Positions 53,089 through 64,000 of a stretch of 64,000 nucleotides of DNA are shown piece by piece (position 1 is the first letter of the stretch; every line of letters starts with the position of its first letter). The stretch covers positions 1 through 64,000 of the forward strand of contig CAWBYW010000025.1 in the NCBI GenBank assembly GCA_963792965.1, read 5' to 3'. The DNA is from an uncultured delta proteobacterium (GTDB lineage Bacteria > Desulfobacterota > Zymogenia > Zymogenales > Zymogenaceae). The translations under genes were made by a program, and so were the position numbers. Under the pieces are notes generated by a model. It was not told the DNA's origin, made no database searches, and saw only the letters and a program-made list of their open reading frames with translations.

Positions 53089-54450
53089 TCAGGGGTTGCT
53101 CATACTGTCCGGACAGGTATAGGTGCCCTTTTGCAGCTCCAGCGGGCAGCCGCCGCCGCAGACGTCGAGCTTCTCGCAGATCTTGCACTTCTCCATGACG
53201 TAGTCCCGTCCCCTGAGCGAAAGGAGGAGCGGGTTGTTCCAAATCGTCTTCCAGTCGTCCTTCAGGATGTTCCCCACCGGCTGGAAGTAGCTCTGGCACG
53301 GCAGCACCGTGCCGTCGGGCTCAATGAGCATGTTGAACTTGCCCGCGGTGCACTGCTTGATCCCGACGGACAGGTCCATTGGGTCGAGCTTGCAGTACTG
53401 GGTCGGGGTATACCAGATGAAGCGCAGGTTGTTGCGGGCGGCCGCCTCGGTAACCTCGTGGAGCGCTTTTTCGAGCTCCTTCTCGCTGACCGCCTGCGAG
53501 CCGGACTTTGCGCCGCCGGTAAAGATGATGCTGTTCATCGCAAAGGCGTTGACGCCGAGCGTCGCGATGAAATCGACGGTCTTTCCCACCGTCTTGATGT
53601 TGTCGCGTGTGATAGTCGTATTCGTGATGGTATAGAGAGCCGTCTTTGCGGCGTTTTTAATCCCCTGGACGGTCTGGTCCCATGCGTCGGCGCAGACCAT
53701 CTTGTTATGGATCTTCTTGTCGGCCGACTCAAGCGTGATCTGGAAATAGTCGATCCCCTCATCGACAAGCGTCTTCAGGTAGGCCGCGTCGGCAAGCCTC
53801 CTCCCGTTGGTAAGAAGGCCCGAGACCATCCCGATGTCCTGGGTGAGGGCGACCAGCTCCGGCAGGTCGTCGCGCAGCGTCGCCTCGCCGCCGGTAAAAG
53901 AGACGTGGTAAATGCCGATATCCCAGAGGCGCCTGATGACCTTCTTCCATGCCGCGGTGTCCATCTCGGTTACCTTACGGTCCTTGCCCACGTAGCAGTG
54001 GCCGCAGCCGTTGTCGCACCGGTACGTGAGGGCAAGGTCCATCCGGTACGGGGCGGACACGGGCGTGGCGAAGGGCTCGATACGGGAGATATCAAGATAC
54101 GACACCGGACACACGTCATCGGTCTTGGTGAGGCACTCGATAATTTCCACAAGCTTGTCGTAGTCGGCCGCGGCGGTCTTCTTATTGACGCGATAGCGCC
54201 GCGTGACCGTCTTGATGATCTCGTCTTTGTCCTTGCCCTCGATGATGAGCTTGGCGAGCTCGGCGGCCGTGGGGTTGAGGTGGAGGATCTTTGAGGCGTT
54301 GATGGAGAGGATCGCCGTCCCCCCCTCTTCCACCCTCAGGTGGAGCCGGTAGTTGTTGCCGTTCTCGTCGGTGGTCCGGCGATGGTGAATGCCGGCCCCG
54401 AGGGGTTTTTCCTTGGTGAAGAGTTTTTTGATCGGCTCGATTACGTTCAT
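53089..54450 (-). CDS. RRE(PqqD)-radical SAM-SPASM enzyme
   Basis: N-terminal LNPTAAELAKLIIEG...RYRV...D RRE-like winged helix, CDNGCGHC, FTGGE and SPASM CTAG...PC...CKICEKLDVCGGGCP...C. Confidence 0.9.
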   Translation of the reverse strand: MNVIEPIKKLFTKEKPLGAGIHHRRTTDENGNNYRLHLRVEEGGTAILSINASKILHLNPTAAELAKLIIEGKDKDEIIKTVTRRYRVNKKTAAADYDKLVEIIECLTKTDDVCPVSYLDISRIEPFATPVSAPYRMDLALTYRCDNGCGHCYVGKDRKVTEMDTAAWKKVIRRLWDIGIYHVSFTGGEATLRDDLPELVALTQDIGMVSGLLTNGRRLADAAYLKTLVDEGIDYFQITLESADKKIHNKMVCADAWDQTVQGIKNAAKTALYTITNTTITRDNIKTVGKTVDFIATLGVNAFAMNSIIFTGGAKSGSQAVSEKELEKALHEVTEAAARNNLRFIWYTPTQYCKLDPMDLSVGIKQCTAGKFNMLIEPDGTVLPCQSYFQPVGNILKDDWKTIWNNPLLLSLRGRDYVMEKCKICEKLDVCGGGCPLELQKGTYTCPDSMSNP

Positions 54451-54453
54451 TTT

Positions 54454-56061
54454 TTATCTCCCTCCTCCCGCGCAGGCGCAGGCACACCCGGCACAGGCGC
54501 ACGCGCAGGCGCAGCCGCCGCCGCCACCGCCGCTATGCGAGCCGCCGCTGCTCTGCGGTGCGGGGTTGGTGGCGCTGGTCACCCCTGTCGCAAACGATTC
54601 CACGTTCGATATCATTTTGCCGGAGAACTTCTCCACCGAGCTTACCATGTCGTTGGCAAACTTCGCGCCGGGAAGCTCGAACTTGCCCGAAGGGCCCGAT
54701 GCGGTCGGTCCGGCGGTGGGGCTGGAGTAGTTTCGGTACCATCCAGGCAGGATAACCGTATGGCCCGAGAAGGTATCCTCCATCCTCTTGTCGTAGTCCT
54801 TATCCATCAATATCCATTCCAGCTTGTCGTCCCACTCCTGCCCCAACAACTCCGGTGTATTGGCGGCGGTGACATGCTTCCAGGCAAGATCCACGATAGT
54901 GCGATAGTAGTCGGTGGTCTCCTTGCGAGAAAACCCCTTAAGAGATTTATCGACGTCCTTGATCATGGCGACCATCGTGTCCTTGAGCGGCTTCGTGTCA
55001 AGGGTGCCATCGGGTTTCAGGCTCTGGAGGAACCCCGTTTCGTAAGGCTTCAGCGCCGTCGTCGCGGCACCACTCAGCTTGAAGACCTTCGGGGTCGGAG
55101 ATGTCTCGACCTTTACGATGCTCTTTTTCAGCAGGCCGAAGAGGATCATCGTAACGACCTTGTTTAGCGGAAGCTCATTCAGGACCGCGGCCTCCGGCGC
55201 CGTGAGCCCCCGCTTGATCCCGACCCCCTCGATGGCCACGCTGGCCGGCATATATGCCATCTTCCGCTGACTCTTGCGGAACAGGTTGAGCATGACGAGC
55301 CCGATGATGCCGAGGAAGAAGAAGAGGAAGATATGGTTGATGAAGAAACTGAACGTCTTCGCGATGAAGGACGGCCGGTAGGGCTCAAAGACCGTCGTCA
55401 CGTATTTTGCCGGGAACGAGACGCCGTACATGTACTGTGACGAGGGGCTCCCCGCGGGCTCCTTGAAGGTGAAAACGATTCGGTTGTCCTTATCGAGGGA
55501 GGAGGCGTCGAACTTTCTGTCGTGGTGATAGATGGTCTCGCCCGGCTGGACCCCCGGCGGGAAGTGAAAATTGACCTCCCAGTCGGTCGTCCCGTGGGTG
55601 AAGTCCGACCCGTACCAGGTGGGGGAAAACTCCACCGAGGCATACCCTTCTTTATTGTCGTCGGTATAGACCATGTGCGGATTAGTGATCTGGAAATAGA
55701 GCGTCTTGGTTTGGCCGGCGGGGATGGCGTTCCCTTCGAGATGTACCTCCACCCCCGTCTTGATATAGGTGGACGGCCTGATGTCCGTGAGGGGCGCGTT
55801 GTCGATCGTCGCCTTGGCCGTCGAGATATCATACTGGTCGGTGGGCAGGCCGATGTCCACGACGTCTATGGTCGGGGAGCCCGAGTCGTTGGCAAACGTG
55901 ATCGCGTACATAATGGTGATCGACCCGTCCTGGTTGATGTAGACGTCCGAGTGGTTTGAGGGGACGGAGAAGTAGTAGTCCTGGGCGCCCGCGAACGGGG
56001 AAATCAGGATCGAGAGCGCCAATAAGACGCCGGTAAGGAATATCGCCTTCTTTGCTTTCAC
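54454..56061 (-). CDS. Single-pass membrane protein (DUF2207-like) with Gly-rich linker and (CA)n Cys tail
   Basis: Signal peptide, extracytoplasmic domain, TM helix followed by RKSQRK, and C-terminus SGGGGGGCACACACAGCACACAGGGR. Confidence 0.85.
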   Translation of the reverse strand: MKAKKAIFLTGVLLALSILISPFAGAQDYYFSVPSNHSDVYINQDGSITIMYAITFANDSGSPTIDVVDIGLPTDQYDISTAKATIDNAPLTDIRPSTYIKTGVEVHLEGNAIPAGQTKTLYFQITNPHMVYTDDNKEGYASVEFSPTWYGSDFTHGTTDWEVNFHFPPGVQPGETIYHHDRKFDASSLDKDNRIVFTFKEPAGSPSSQYMYGVSFPAKYVTTVFEPYRPSFIAKTFSFFINHIFLFFFLGIIGLVMLNLFRKSQRKMAYMPASVAIEGVGIKRGLTAPEAAVLNELPLNKVVTMILFGLLKKSIVKVETSPTPKVFKLSGAATTALKPYETGFLQSLKPDGTLDTKPLKDTMVAMIKDVDKSLKGFSRKETTDYYRTIVDLAWKHVTAANTPELLGQEWDDKLEWILMDKDYDKRMEDTFSGHTVILPGWYRNYSSPTAGPTASGPSGKFELPGAKFANDMVSSVEKFSGKMISNVESFATGVTSATNPAPQSSGGSHSGGGGGGCACACACAGCACACAGGGR

Positions 56062-56190
56062 GGCATGCTCCTCTCTGTTACAGGGTCACTCTCAATGGTA
56101 CTCACCGACGCCCAAGAAAGAGCGGCCTGCCGCCGCCCGCCTGCGCCCGGGCGTCGTAGCCGGACGACTCAAACACGGGGTTGAGATATC

Positions 56191-56589
56191 CTACCACTTG
56201 GGCTCTTCCGTGATCTGGTAGGTGCCGCCGCAGTAGGGGCAGTTGACGAATATCCCCCCGGCCTTCACCGTCACGCTGTTCTTATCCAGATCGGCGCCGC
56301 AGTTTTGGCACTTCAGCTTTTGGGCGTTGACGTCGCCGGCCAGATCGATCTTCTGTGTCATCTCGATCTGTTCGGGCCGCCGCGATTCCCACCGCGGGAT
56401 CATGAAGAGAAGCCCCCCGCCGATGGCGATCAGGATAAGCCCGATGATGATCCTTCCGATGGCGTTTGTCGCCCCGGGGGCCGCCAGGGAATAGAGATTG
56501 ATCAACCCCCAGATAATCAGGATAACGGCAATGATGTAGCCGAGGATGCCGATGGCGGACGCACCGCGCTCGCTTTGTATTCTGTTCAT
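56191..56589 (-). CDS. Two-TM protein with C-terminal zinc ribbon
   Basis: Two hydrophobic helices; CQNC...CPYC; ends EEPKW. Confidence 0.8.
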   Translation of the reverse strand: MNRIQSERGASAIGILGYIIAVILIIWGLINLYSLAAPGATNAIGRIIIGLILIAIGGGLLFMIPRWESRRPEQIEMTQKIDLAGDVNAQKLKCQNCGADLDKNSVTVKAGGIFVNCPYCGGTYQITEEPKW

Positions 56590-56858
56590 GGTTTCATCGT
56601 AAATCAGAACGGAGAAATTGTCAATAAGTTTAGGTTCGATAGCGGCATTCCAGTGCCGGTTGGAGCAATACGGAGGTGGCTCGTATGAACTATCGGGTTG
56701 CTTTTTCTTCAAAATATATTAGAATGAAATCGTCACTATTAAAAGTGTTGTACAAGGGCCAAATACCCGATGGGTGCGCTCCGGAAGCTTCCCTCCGGGC
56801 GACCTTGGACCTGACGTGTCACACCTCCCTCACTATCATATTCAAGGGACACCGTATA

Positions 56859-57527
56859 ATGGAAAAGAAACCTGAGCAGCAATACCTGATAGACAGCATT
56901 GGCGCCGCCGACTCGTGGCGCATGTTTCGCATCATGAGCGAGTTCGTCGACGGCTTCGAGCTCCTGGCCGACGTCACCCCGGCGGTCAGCATTTTCGGCT
57001 CCGCGCGGGCAAAGCCGGGGGATAAAGACTACCTGATCGCGGAAAAATTGGCGGGAGCGCTGGCGAAGAACGGGATCAGCGTCATCACCGGGGGCGGGGG
57101 CGGGATCATGGAGGCGGCCAACAAGGGCGCAGCCGAAGCGGGAGGAAAATCGGTGGGGCTCAACATAGAGCTTCCTATGGAGCAAAAGCCCAACGACTAC
57201 GCCAACGTAAGGCTCTCCTTCCGCTACTTCTTTTGTCGGAAGGTGATGTTCGTCAAGTACGCGCTGGCCTATATAGTCCTCCCCGGCGGATTCGGGACCC
57301 TCGACGAGCTTACCGAAGCTGTCACCCTCATCCAGACCCATAAGATCAAGCCCTTTCCGGTAATCCTGGTCGGAAAGGAATTCTGGGGAGGGCTGATGGA
57401 CTGGATCACCACCACGCTCGTCCCCCGGGACAAGATAGACCGCAAGGACATCGAGATCATCAGGCAGGTCGACGACATCGACTCGATCGTGAAGATGATC
57501 TGCGACATCCGGGATATCACGTGCTGA
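56859..57527 (+). CDS. LOG family protein (TIGR00730-like)
   Basis: SIFGSAR, TGGGGGIMEAAN and PGGFGTLDE. Confidence 0.9.
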   Translation: MEKKPEQQYLIDSIGAADSWRMFRIMSEFVDGFELLADVTPAVSIFGSARAKPGDKDYLIAEKLAGALAKNGISVITGGGGGIMEAANKGAAEAGGKSVGLNIELPMEQKPNDYANVRLSFRYFFCRKVMFVKYALAYIVLPGGFGTLDELTEAVTLIQTHKIKPFPVILVGKEFWGGLMDWITTTLVPRDKIDRKDIEIIRQVDDIDSIVKMICDIRDITC

Positions 57528-57680
57528 TCTCCGGGACGTGCGCTCTCGCGCGGGGGGGACAAAGCACGTATAATCTCTCCAGTCTGTAGCCTCCCCCTTT
57601 TTGCTCGCAAAGTCGGACCAGACGATAAAGGCGGCACATGTGCCGCCCTGAGATTTCTTGGCCTAAAACACCTATCGTAC

Positions 57681-58485
57681 CTATATCCCCACGAAGACCG
57701 GCTTCCTCTCCCTGAAATAGGCAACCTCCCGGACCCCCAGCCCCTTCAGCATCGAGATGACCTCGGGGAAGTAATACCCGATGTCGTCTTTCTTGTGGGC
57801 GTCCGATCCGAGGACGACGGGTATTTTCAGACGCACAACCTCTTTTATGAGGTCGGGTGAGGGGGCAAGCTCCTGGCACGGTTTTCTGAGCGCGCCGGTG
57901 TTGATCTCGATGAAGGTGCCGGTCCGCGCCATTTCCTCCAGCACCCCGACCGCCTCGTCGGTATGGTCCCGCTTTGCGGGGTAGGTTTTTTTGAAGACCT
58001 TTATCAGGTCAAAGTGCCCCAGATAGTCGGCGATCCGTGATCGCACAAGGCTCGTCAGTATCTCGTAGTATCGGCTGTAGAGGGCGTCCACGTCCCTCTT
58101 CTCCCAGTCGTGGTGGAGGTAGTCGAACCCCCAGGTATCGATCATGTGGACGCTCCCGATGACGTAGTCGAAATTGAAGGCACGCGTCTCGGCCCCGATC
58201 CAGGCCTCTTTATCGGCGATATAGTCGATCTCCGTGCCGAAGAGGACAAGCAGTCCGGTCCCCCCACTCCTCCTTTTGCCGCGCGACTTCCGAGACATAG
58301 TCGAACCAGCGCCCGGCCAAGGCCCGGTGGTTGAAGCTCTCGATGGGGTAGTCATATCCCTCGGGCCGCGGGAAGTGTTCGGAGAATCCGAAGACCGTTA
58401 TTCCCTTGCCAAAGGCCGCCTCGGCCATGTCGGCGGGGCTATCGGCACCGTCTCCGAAGGAGGTATGGTTGTGGGTATCGATCAT
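57681..58485 (-). CDS. Histidinol-phosphatase, PHP/HisJ family (frameshifted)
   Basis: DTHNH, SEH, GSVH, GHFD and GSDAH. Confidence 0.85.
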
Positions 58486-58573
58486 AGCTTTACTGTGTAG
58501 CTGCATCAATCATTCGTTTTTAAAAAAAGGGGGAGCAGTGCCCCCCCTTATCTCCTTTCTTTTCTGTTGCTCC

Positions 58574-60441
58574 TTAGGCCGACGCGAAGGCGCTCTCGGC
58601 GATCTCCATGATGCTCATATCTTCCTTCTTGATGGCCTTGCCCAGCGCATCCACGTGGGGAAGGATGTAGGAGGCGTAGTATTTCGCCGCCGCGACCTTG
58701 CCCTGGTAGAATGCCGCGTCCTTGTTGTCCTTATAGAGAGCGGCGACCGCGGCCCAGTCCTCGTCTTTGACGTTCTTTTCCTTCTTGATGGCGACAAGTT
58801 TCTTCTCCGCGATGGAGGCCTGCCACATGAGGAGGAATCCGAGGACGGCGGTGCTCATCAGCTCAAGGAACGGATAGGCGTTGCCGATGGGGACCAGAAA
58901 CTTGCCCGACGCGCCACACTGGGCGAAGAACCCGCCGATTTCGGCCAAGGTATTCTTTGCCTTCTCCAGCTCGCCGAAGGCGTCCTTGAGCGAGTCGGCT
59001 TTGTTCTTCGCAATAATGTCGCCCATCAGGGTAATGAAGCTGATGAAGTTGCCTCCCTTGTTCTGGCCCAGTTTCCGGGCCACGAGGTCCATCGCCTGGA
59101 TGCCGTTTGTCCCCTCGTAGATCGAGGCGATCTTGCAGTCGCGCATGAATTGCTCGACCGGGTATTCCGCGGTGAAGCCGTAGCCGCCGTAGACCTGGAT
59201 CGCATACTCGGTCACTCGGAAGCCCATATCGCTCCCCCATGCCTTGCAGATCGGGGTGAGAAGCTCAACGTATCCCATCCATTTGTCTTTCTCGGCCTGG
59301 TCGGGCACCGAGTGCGCCATGTCGATGGCGTAGGCTACGAAGTACATCAGGGCGCGCAGCCCCTCGACGTGGGCCTTCATCCATAACAGCATCCGCCGTA
59401 CGTCCGGGTGGTTGATGATGGGCACCCGTGGCGCCTCGGGGTTGCGGAAGTTGGCCAGATCCGAGCCTTGCAGGCGCGTCCGCGCGTAGTCGACCGCGTG
59501 CATATAGGCGGTCGTTGCGTGCGCAAGGCCCTGCACGCCGACGCCGAGCCGTGCCTCGTTCATCATATTGAACATGATGCGCATCCCCATCCCTTCCTGG
59601 CCGAGGAGCTCGCCGACGCAGTCGTCTTTGTCGCCGAAGTTCAGGGTACAGGTGGCGTTACCCTTGATGCCCATCTTGTGCTCGACGTTGCCGGTGTTGA
59701 CGTCGTTGAACTCACCGACGCCTCCGTCCCGTTAACCCGGTACTTCGGAACAACGAAGATCGAAATGCCCTTGGTGCCCACGGGCGCTCCCTCGATCCTG
59801 GCAAGGACCGGGTGGATAATGTTTTCGGTCAGGGTATGGTCGCCGGCTGAGATGAAGATCTTCGTTCCCGTGATCTTGTACTTGCCGTCGCCGATCGGCT
59901 TGGCGGTGGTCTTCAGAGCGCCCACATCCGACCCTGCACCCGGCTCGGTGAGGCACATCGTGCCCCCCCACTGTCCGGCGTACATCTTGTCCATGTATGT
60001 GCGCTTCTGTGCTTCCGTGCCGTAGAGCTCGATCAGCTTTGCCGCGCCGTGGCAGAGGCCCGGGTACATGATGAAGGCGAAGTTGGCCGCGCCGAAGAGC
60101 TCTTTAGTGGCGACGTTGATCAGCTCCGGGAAGCCCTGGCCGCCCACTTCCATATCATCCGCGATGGTGATCCACCCTCCTTCGACGAACTTCTGGTATA
60201 CGTCGTGAAACGCCTTGGGTATGGTCACTTTACCGTCCGCGAAGCTGCACGCCTCTTTGTCTCCGATGGGATTGGACGGAAAAATCACGTTGACCGCCAT
60301 CTTCTCGGCCTCGTTGAGGACCATATCGAACATGTCCTTCGAGTATTCTTTGTACTTTGGATATGTGGTCAGTCCCTCGAGGTTCAGCATCTCATAGAGA
60401 TTGAACTGTTGATCCCGTATATCCACCAACAGGTTAGCCAT
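58574..60441 (-). CDS. Acyl-CoA dehydrogenase (frameshift near 59720)
   Basis: MCLTEPGAGSD, KIFIS, MGIKG, GGYG and IYEGTNGIQ. Confidence 0.9.
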
Positions 60442-60629
60442 AGTCGTATCCTCCTTTGGGCGTTACTGTATCTAAAACGGAGATTTCTGAAATGAATGAG
60501 CATTCACTCACAACGCACAATAGCACGTCTATCGTTTTTGTCAACAATAAAAATACGTTGGACTCGTCTTGACATGAAAAAAGCCGTAGTTATATTAACA
60601 TCATAGTTAAACAAATGAGGTGATTTGAC

Positions 60630-62555
60630 ATGGCAAAAGCAATCGGAATAGATTTGGGCACTACAAACTCGGTCGTAAGCGTGCTCGAGAGCGGGGAGCC
60701 CAGAGTAATTATCAACGAGGAAGGGGGACGAACCACTCCCTCCGTCGTGGCGTATACGGATAACAACACGATTCTCGTGGGTCAGGCCGCCAAAAGACAG
60801 GCCGTTATCAATCCGGAGAGGACCGTCTTCTCGATCAAGCGCTTCATGGGAAGGCGTTTTGATGAGGTCACCGAGGAGATGAAGATGGTTCCCTACAAGG
60901 TGACGAGGTCGGCCAACGGAGACGCGCGCGTCAGCATCGACGGCAAGGAGTACTCTCCGCCGGAGATCTCGGCGCTTATCCTCGAGAAGCTCAAGAAAGC
61001 GGCGGAGGCTTATCTCGGCCAGAAGGTAACGGACGCGGTCATTACTGTTCCGGCCTATTTTAACGACAGCCAGCGACAGGCCACGAAGGACGCCGGCAAG
61101 ATCGCCGGCCTCAATGTATTGCGCATCATCAACGAGCCGACCGCGGCGGCCCTCGTCTACGGCATGGAGAAGAAGAAGGACGAAAAGATCGCCGTCTTTG
61201 ACTTCGGCGGCGGCACGTTCGACATCTCCATCCTCGAAGTCGGCGACAACGTCGTGGAGGTGAAGTCGACCAACGGCGATACCCACCTCGGGGGCGACAA
61301 CATCGACCACGTGATCATGGAGTACCTGATCTCCGAGTTCAAGCGCGATCAGGGGATAGACCTCGGCAAGGACAAGATGGCGCTCCAGCGCCTGAGAGAG
61401 GCCGCCGAAAAGGCGAAAATCGAGCTCTCCTCGACGATGGAGACCGAGATCAACCTCCCCTTCATCACGGCTGACGCCTCGGGCCCGAGACACATGACCA
61501 TGAAGCTCACGCGGGCGAAGTTCGAGGCGTTGTCGGAGTCGATCATCCTCCGGACGCTGGAGCCGGTGAAGAAGGCCCTGGCCGACGCCGGTATGAGACC
61601 TTCCGATATCGACGAGGTGATCCTGGTGGGCGGCTCAACCCGCATCCCCCGCGTTCAGGACGAGGTGAAAACGCTTTTCGGCAAAGAGCCGCATAAAGGC
61701 GTCAACCCTGACGAGGTGGTGGGAATGGGCGCCGCGATCCAGGCGGCGGTTCTGACCGGCGAAGTAAAAGACGTGCTGTTGCTTGACGTAACGCCGCTCT
61801 CCTTGGGCATCGAGACCCTCGGCGGCGTGATGACGCGGCTCATCGAGAGAAACACCACGATCCCGACCAAGAAGAGCCAGGTATTCACCACGGCGCAGGA
61901 CAGCCAGCCGGCGGTGGATATTCACGTGATGCAGGGCGAGCGAGAGCTGGCGCGAGACAACCGGACGCTCGGCAATTTCCAGCTTTCCGGCATCACCCCC
62001 GCGCCGCGGGGAGTCCCACAGATCGAGGTGGCCTTCGACATCGACGCAAACGGCATCGTTAACGTCTCCGCAAAGGATATGGCCACAGGCAAAGTCCAGT
62101 CGATCACCATCACGTCTTCCTCGGGCCTCAGCAAGGACGACGTCGATCGGATGGTAAAGGAAGCCCAGTCGCACGCCGACGAGGACAAACAGAAGAAGCG
62201 GATGGTCGAGATCAAGAACGAGGCCGACGTGCTGGTCTACCAGACCGAAAAGACCTTGAACGAGAACCGGAATAAGCTGACCGCGGCCGATATATCCGAG
62301 CTTGAGCGCGCGATCGCCGAGGCCAAGGATGCCGTCAAATCCGACGACGCGGGCCGTATCGCAGCGCACCGTGGAGACGCTGAAGGCCGCATCCCAGCGC
62401 ACGGCCGAGAGGCTCTATAAGTCCGAAGGCTCCGCCCAGGCGCATACGTCCGGCGGTGGGCCGCACGCTTCGGGTCCGGGCGCCCCTCCCGGGGCGGGAC
62501 AGGGCGGCACGCCCGATGATGACGTCGTAGACGCGGAATTCAAAGACGCCGTCTG
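60630..62555 (+). CDS. dnaK: Chaperone DnaK (frameshift near 62370)
   Basis: [17 protein letters not shown] and VGGSTRIP; the DVVDAEFKD tail lies in a shifted frame. Confidence 0.97.
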
Positions 62556-62578
62556 AGCCGAATCGGCGCCCGGCCAAG

Positions 62579-62612
62579 AGAAGAGGTCATGATGTACATC
62601 ATGACCTCTTTT
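62579..62612 (+). terminator. dnaK terminator
   Basis: AAGAGGTCATGATGTACATCATGACCTCTT palindrome followed by a T-run. Confidence 0.8.
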
Positions 62613-62739
62613 TATCTCTAGGCAATGAGGATATATTCAGCCGCTGTCTGTGGACAATAAAAGATTAAAATAATTGTAAAGACGTTAAAATGGTGGTATA
62701 TAGTATATTGTTTTAACCCCCCTGATATGAGACAACCCT

Positions 62740-63379
62740 ATGAGAGATAAGGCCGACACTATATACCGAATCCTTGATTCCACCTACCCCGATACACAAT
62801 GCGCCCTCAAGTTCTCCTCGCCCCTCGAGCTCCTGGTGGCCTCCATCCTGTCGGCACAGTGCACCGACGAGCGGGTCAACGAAGTAACAAGCGAGCTCTT
62901 TAAGAAATACAAGACGGCGGCCCAGTATGCTCAGGCGGACACCGCCGGGCTCGAAAACCAGATCCACTCCACCGGTTTTTTCCGTAACAAGGCGCGGGCC
63001 ATCAGGGAGTGCACCGCCGAGATCGTCAAACGTCACGGCGGCAAGGTCCCCGATACGATGGAGGAGTCTGGTGGCGCTGCCGGGGATCGGCCGCAAGACC
63101 GCCAACCTCGTGTTGTCCTGCGGGTTCGGTAAACCCGGCATCATTGTCGACACCCACGTCTTCCGGCTGGCGCGGCGCATCGGGCTGTCGGATAAGAAAG
63201 ACTCCGAGAAGATCGAGTTCGACCTCAGGGAGGCCGTCCCCGAGGACCGCTGGTCCCATCTCTCGCTCCTCCTCATCTCGCACGGAAGGGCGCTCTGCAA
63301 GGCCAAGAAGCCGCTCTGCCCCGTATGCCCCATCCGTCACCAGTGCAACTATTTTGCGGCCAACCCGACGGCTCCCTGA
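62740..63379 (+). CDS. nth: Endonuclease III (frameshift near 63067)
   Basis: LSAQCTDERVN, LPGIGRKTAN, VDTHV and CKAKKPLCPVCPIRHQC. Confidence 0.95.
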
Positions 63380-63432
63380 CGCAGGCGCTGCCCGGGTCCC
63401 CCCCGTAAGTCCTCCCCTTTCATCGGTGCGCC

Positions 63433-64000
63433 ATGAATCGACAATCCCGAGACGACTTTTATGCCTATCGCTATACGAGGGCCCTCGTGCGGCGCCCGGG
63501 TCCGGAGATGACCGGCGCGCTCAGCCGTGACGGCGGCGCCGCCCGCATCTCGATTGACCGGGCAAGCCTCGAACACGCCCGATACGTCCGGACGCTCACC
63601 GAGCTCGGGCTCGACGTCATCGAGCTTGAGCCCGACCCGGCCTTTCCCGACGGCTGCTTTGTCGAGGATACCTGCGTGATGCTCCCGGGGCTGGCCGTCA
63701 TCACGGCTCCCGGCGCGCCGTCCCGCTCCGGAGAGACGGACTCCGTCGCGCGCGCGATCGCACCCCTTATGGAAGTCCGCCGGATGAAGGGCGGCGGGAC
63801 GCTGGACGGCGGCGACGTCCTGCGCCTCGGCCCGACCTACCTGATCGGGCTCTCCGAGCGGACGGACCTCCGGGGAGCGGAAGAGCTTGGGGAGATCGTG
63901 CAGGATGCGGGGGCGGACTTTCGGCTCGTCGAGGTCGGCAGGGGGCTCCATCTCAAGTCGGCCGTCACCCCCCTTTCGCACGGCAGCGTCCTCGGGCTCG
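63433..64000 (+). CDS. Dimethylarginine dimethylaminohydrolase-like (partial, runs off window)
   Basis: FPDGCFVEDT, RSGE, LDGGDVL, GLSERT and LHLKS. Confidence 0.85.
   Translation, partial: MNRQSRDDFYAYRYTRALVRRPGPEMTGALSRDGGAARISIDRASLEHARYVRTLTELGLDVIELEPDPAFPDGCFVEDTCVMLPGLAVITAPGAPSRSGETDSVARAIAPLMEVRRMKGGGTLDGGDVLRLGPTYLIGLSERTDLRGAEELGEIVQDAGADFRLVEVGRGLHLKSAVTPLSHGSVLGL

Noticed and set aside
54454-54535. Cys-Ala tail as a DNA microsatellite artefact
   Set aside because: Codons vary (TGC/TGT; GCC/GCG), so the repeat is at the protein level and is not a slipped (CA)n DNA tract.
41315-54535. Link between tRNA-Sec and the rSAM/Cys-tail operon (selenopeptide)
   Set aside because: They are about 12 kb apart with unrelated genes between, and there is no in-frame TGA in the tail or the enzyme.
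60480-60629. CIRCE element upstream of dnaK
   Set aside because: There is no TTAGCACTC-N9-GAGTGCTAA match; only a sigma70-like TTGACA...TATATT is seen.

Overview
This is a chromosomal window from a GC-rich bacterium whose gene content looks like a Desulfobacterota/Deltaproteobacteria anaerobe; the taxonomy is inferred only. (1) 1-~662 is a phage-like fragment: a probable major-capsid 5' exon interrupted by a group I intron carrying a LAGLIDADG endonuclease. It is joined abruptly to a truncated ABC transporter gene, possibly as an assembly chimera. (2) ~1.1-17.7 kb is an accessory region downstream of a tRNA-fMet gene. It is divided by five degenerate copies of the tRNA terminator, four of which retain the tRNA 3' end. 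A second repeat family resembling IS3/IS407-group ends brackets single, co-oriented cargo genes. No integrase or transposase is visible. (3) 17.8-64 kb is mostly housekeeping: tatA x2, apgM-thrC-hom-aminotransferase, ispH fused to a UbiA-like domain, tRNA-Sec, dnaK and nth. It also holds the best candidate for a new system, a three-gene operon encoding a Zn-ribbon membrane protein, a single-pass membrane protein ending in GGGGGG-CACACACAGCACACAGGGR, and a translationally coupled RRE(PqqD)-radical SAM-SPASM enzyme. Many conserved genes carry single-base frameshifts, most likely sequencing or assembly indels. All calls come from reading the sequence; no database searches were run.
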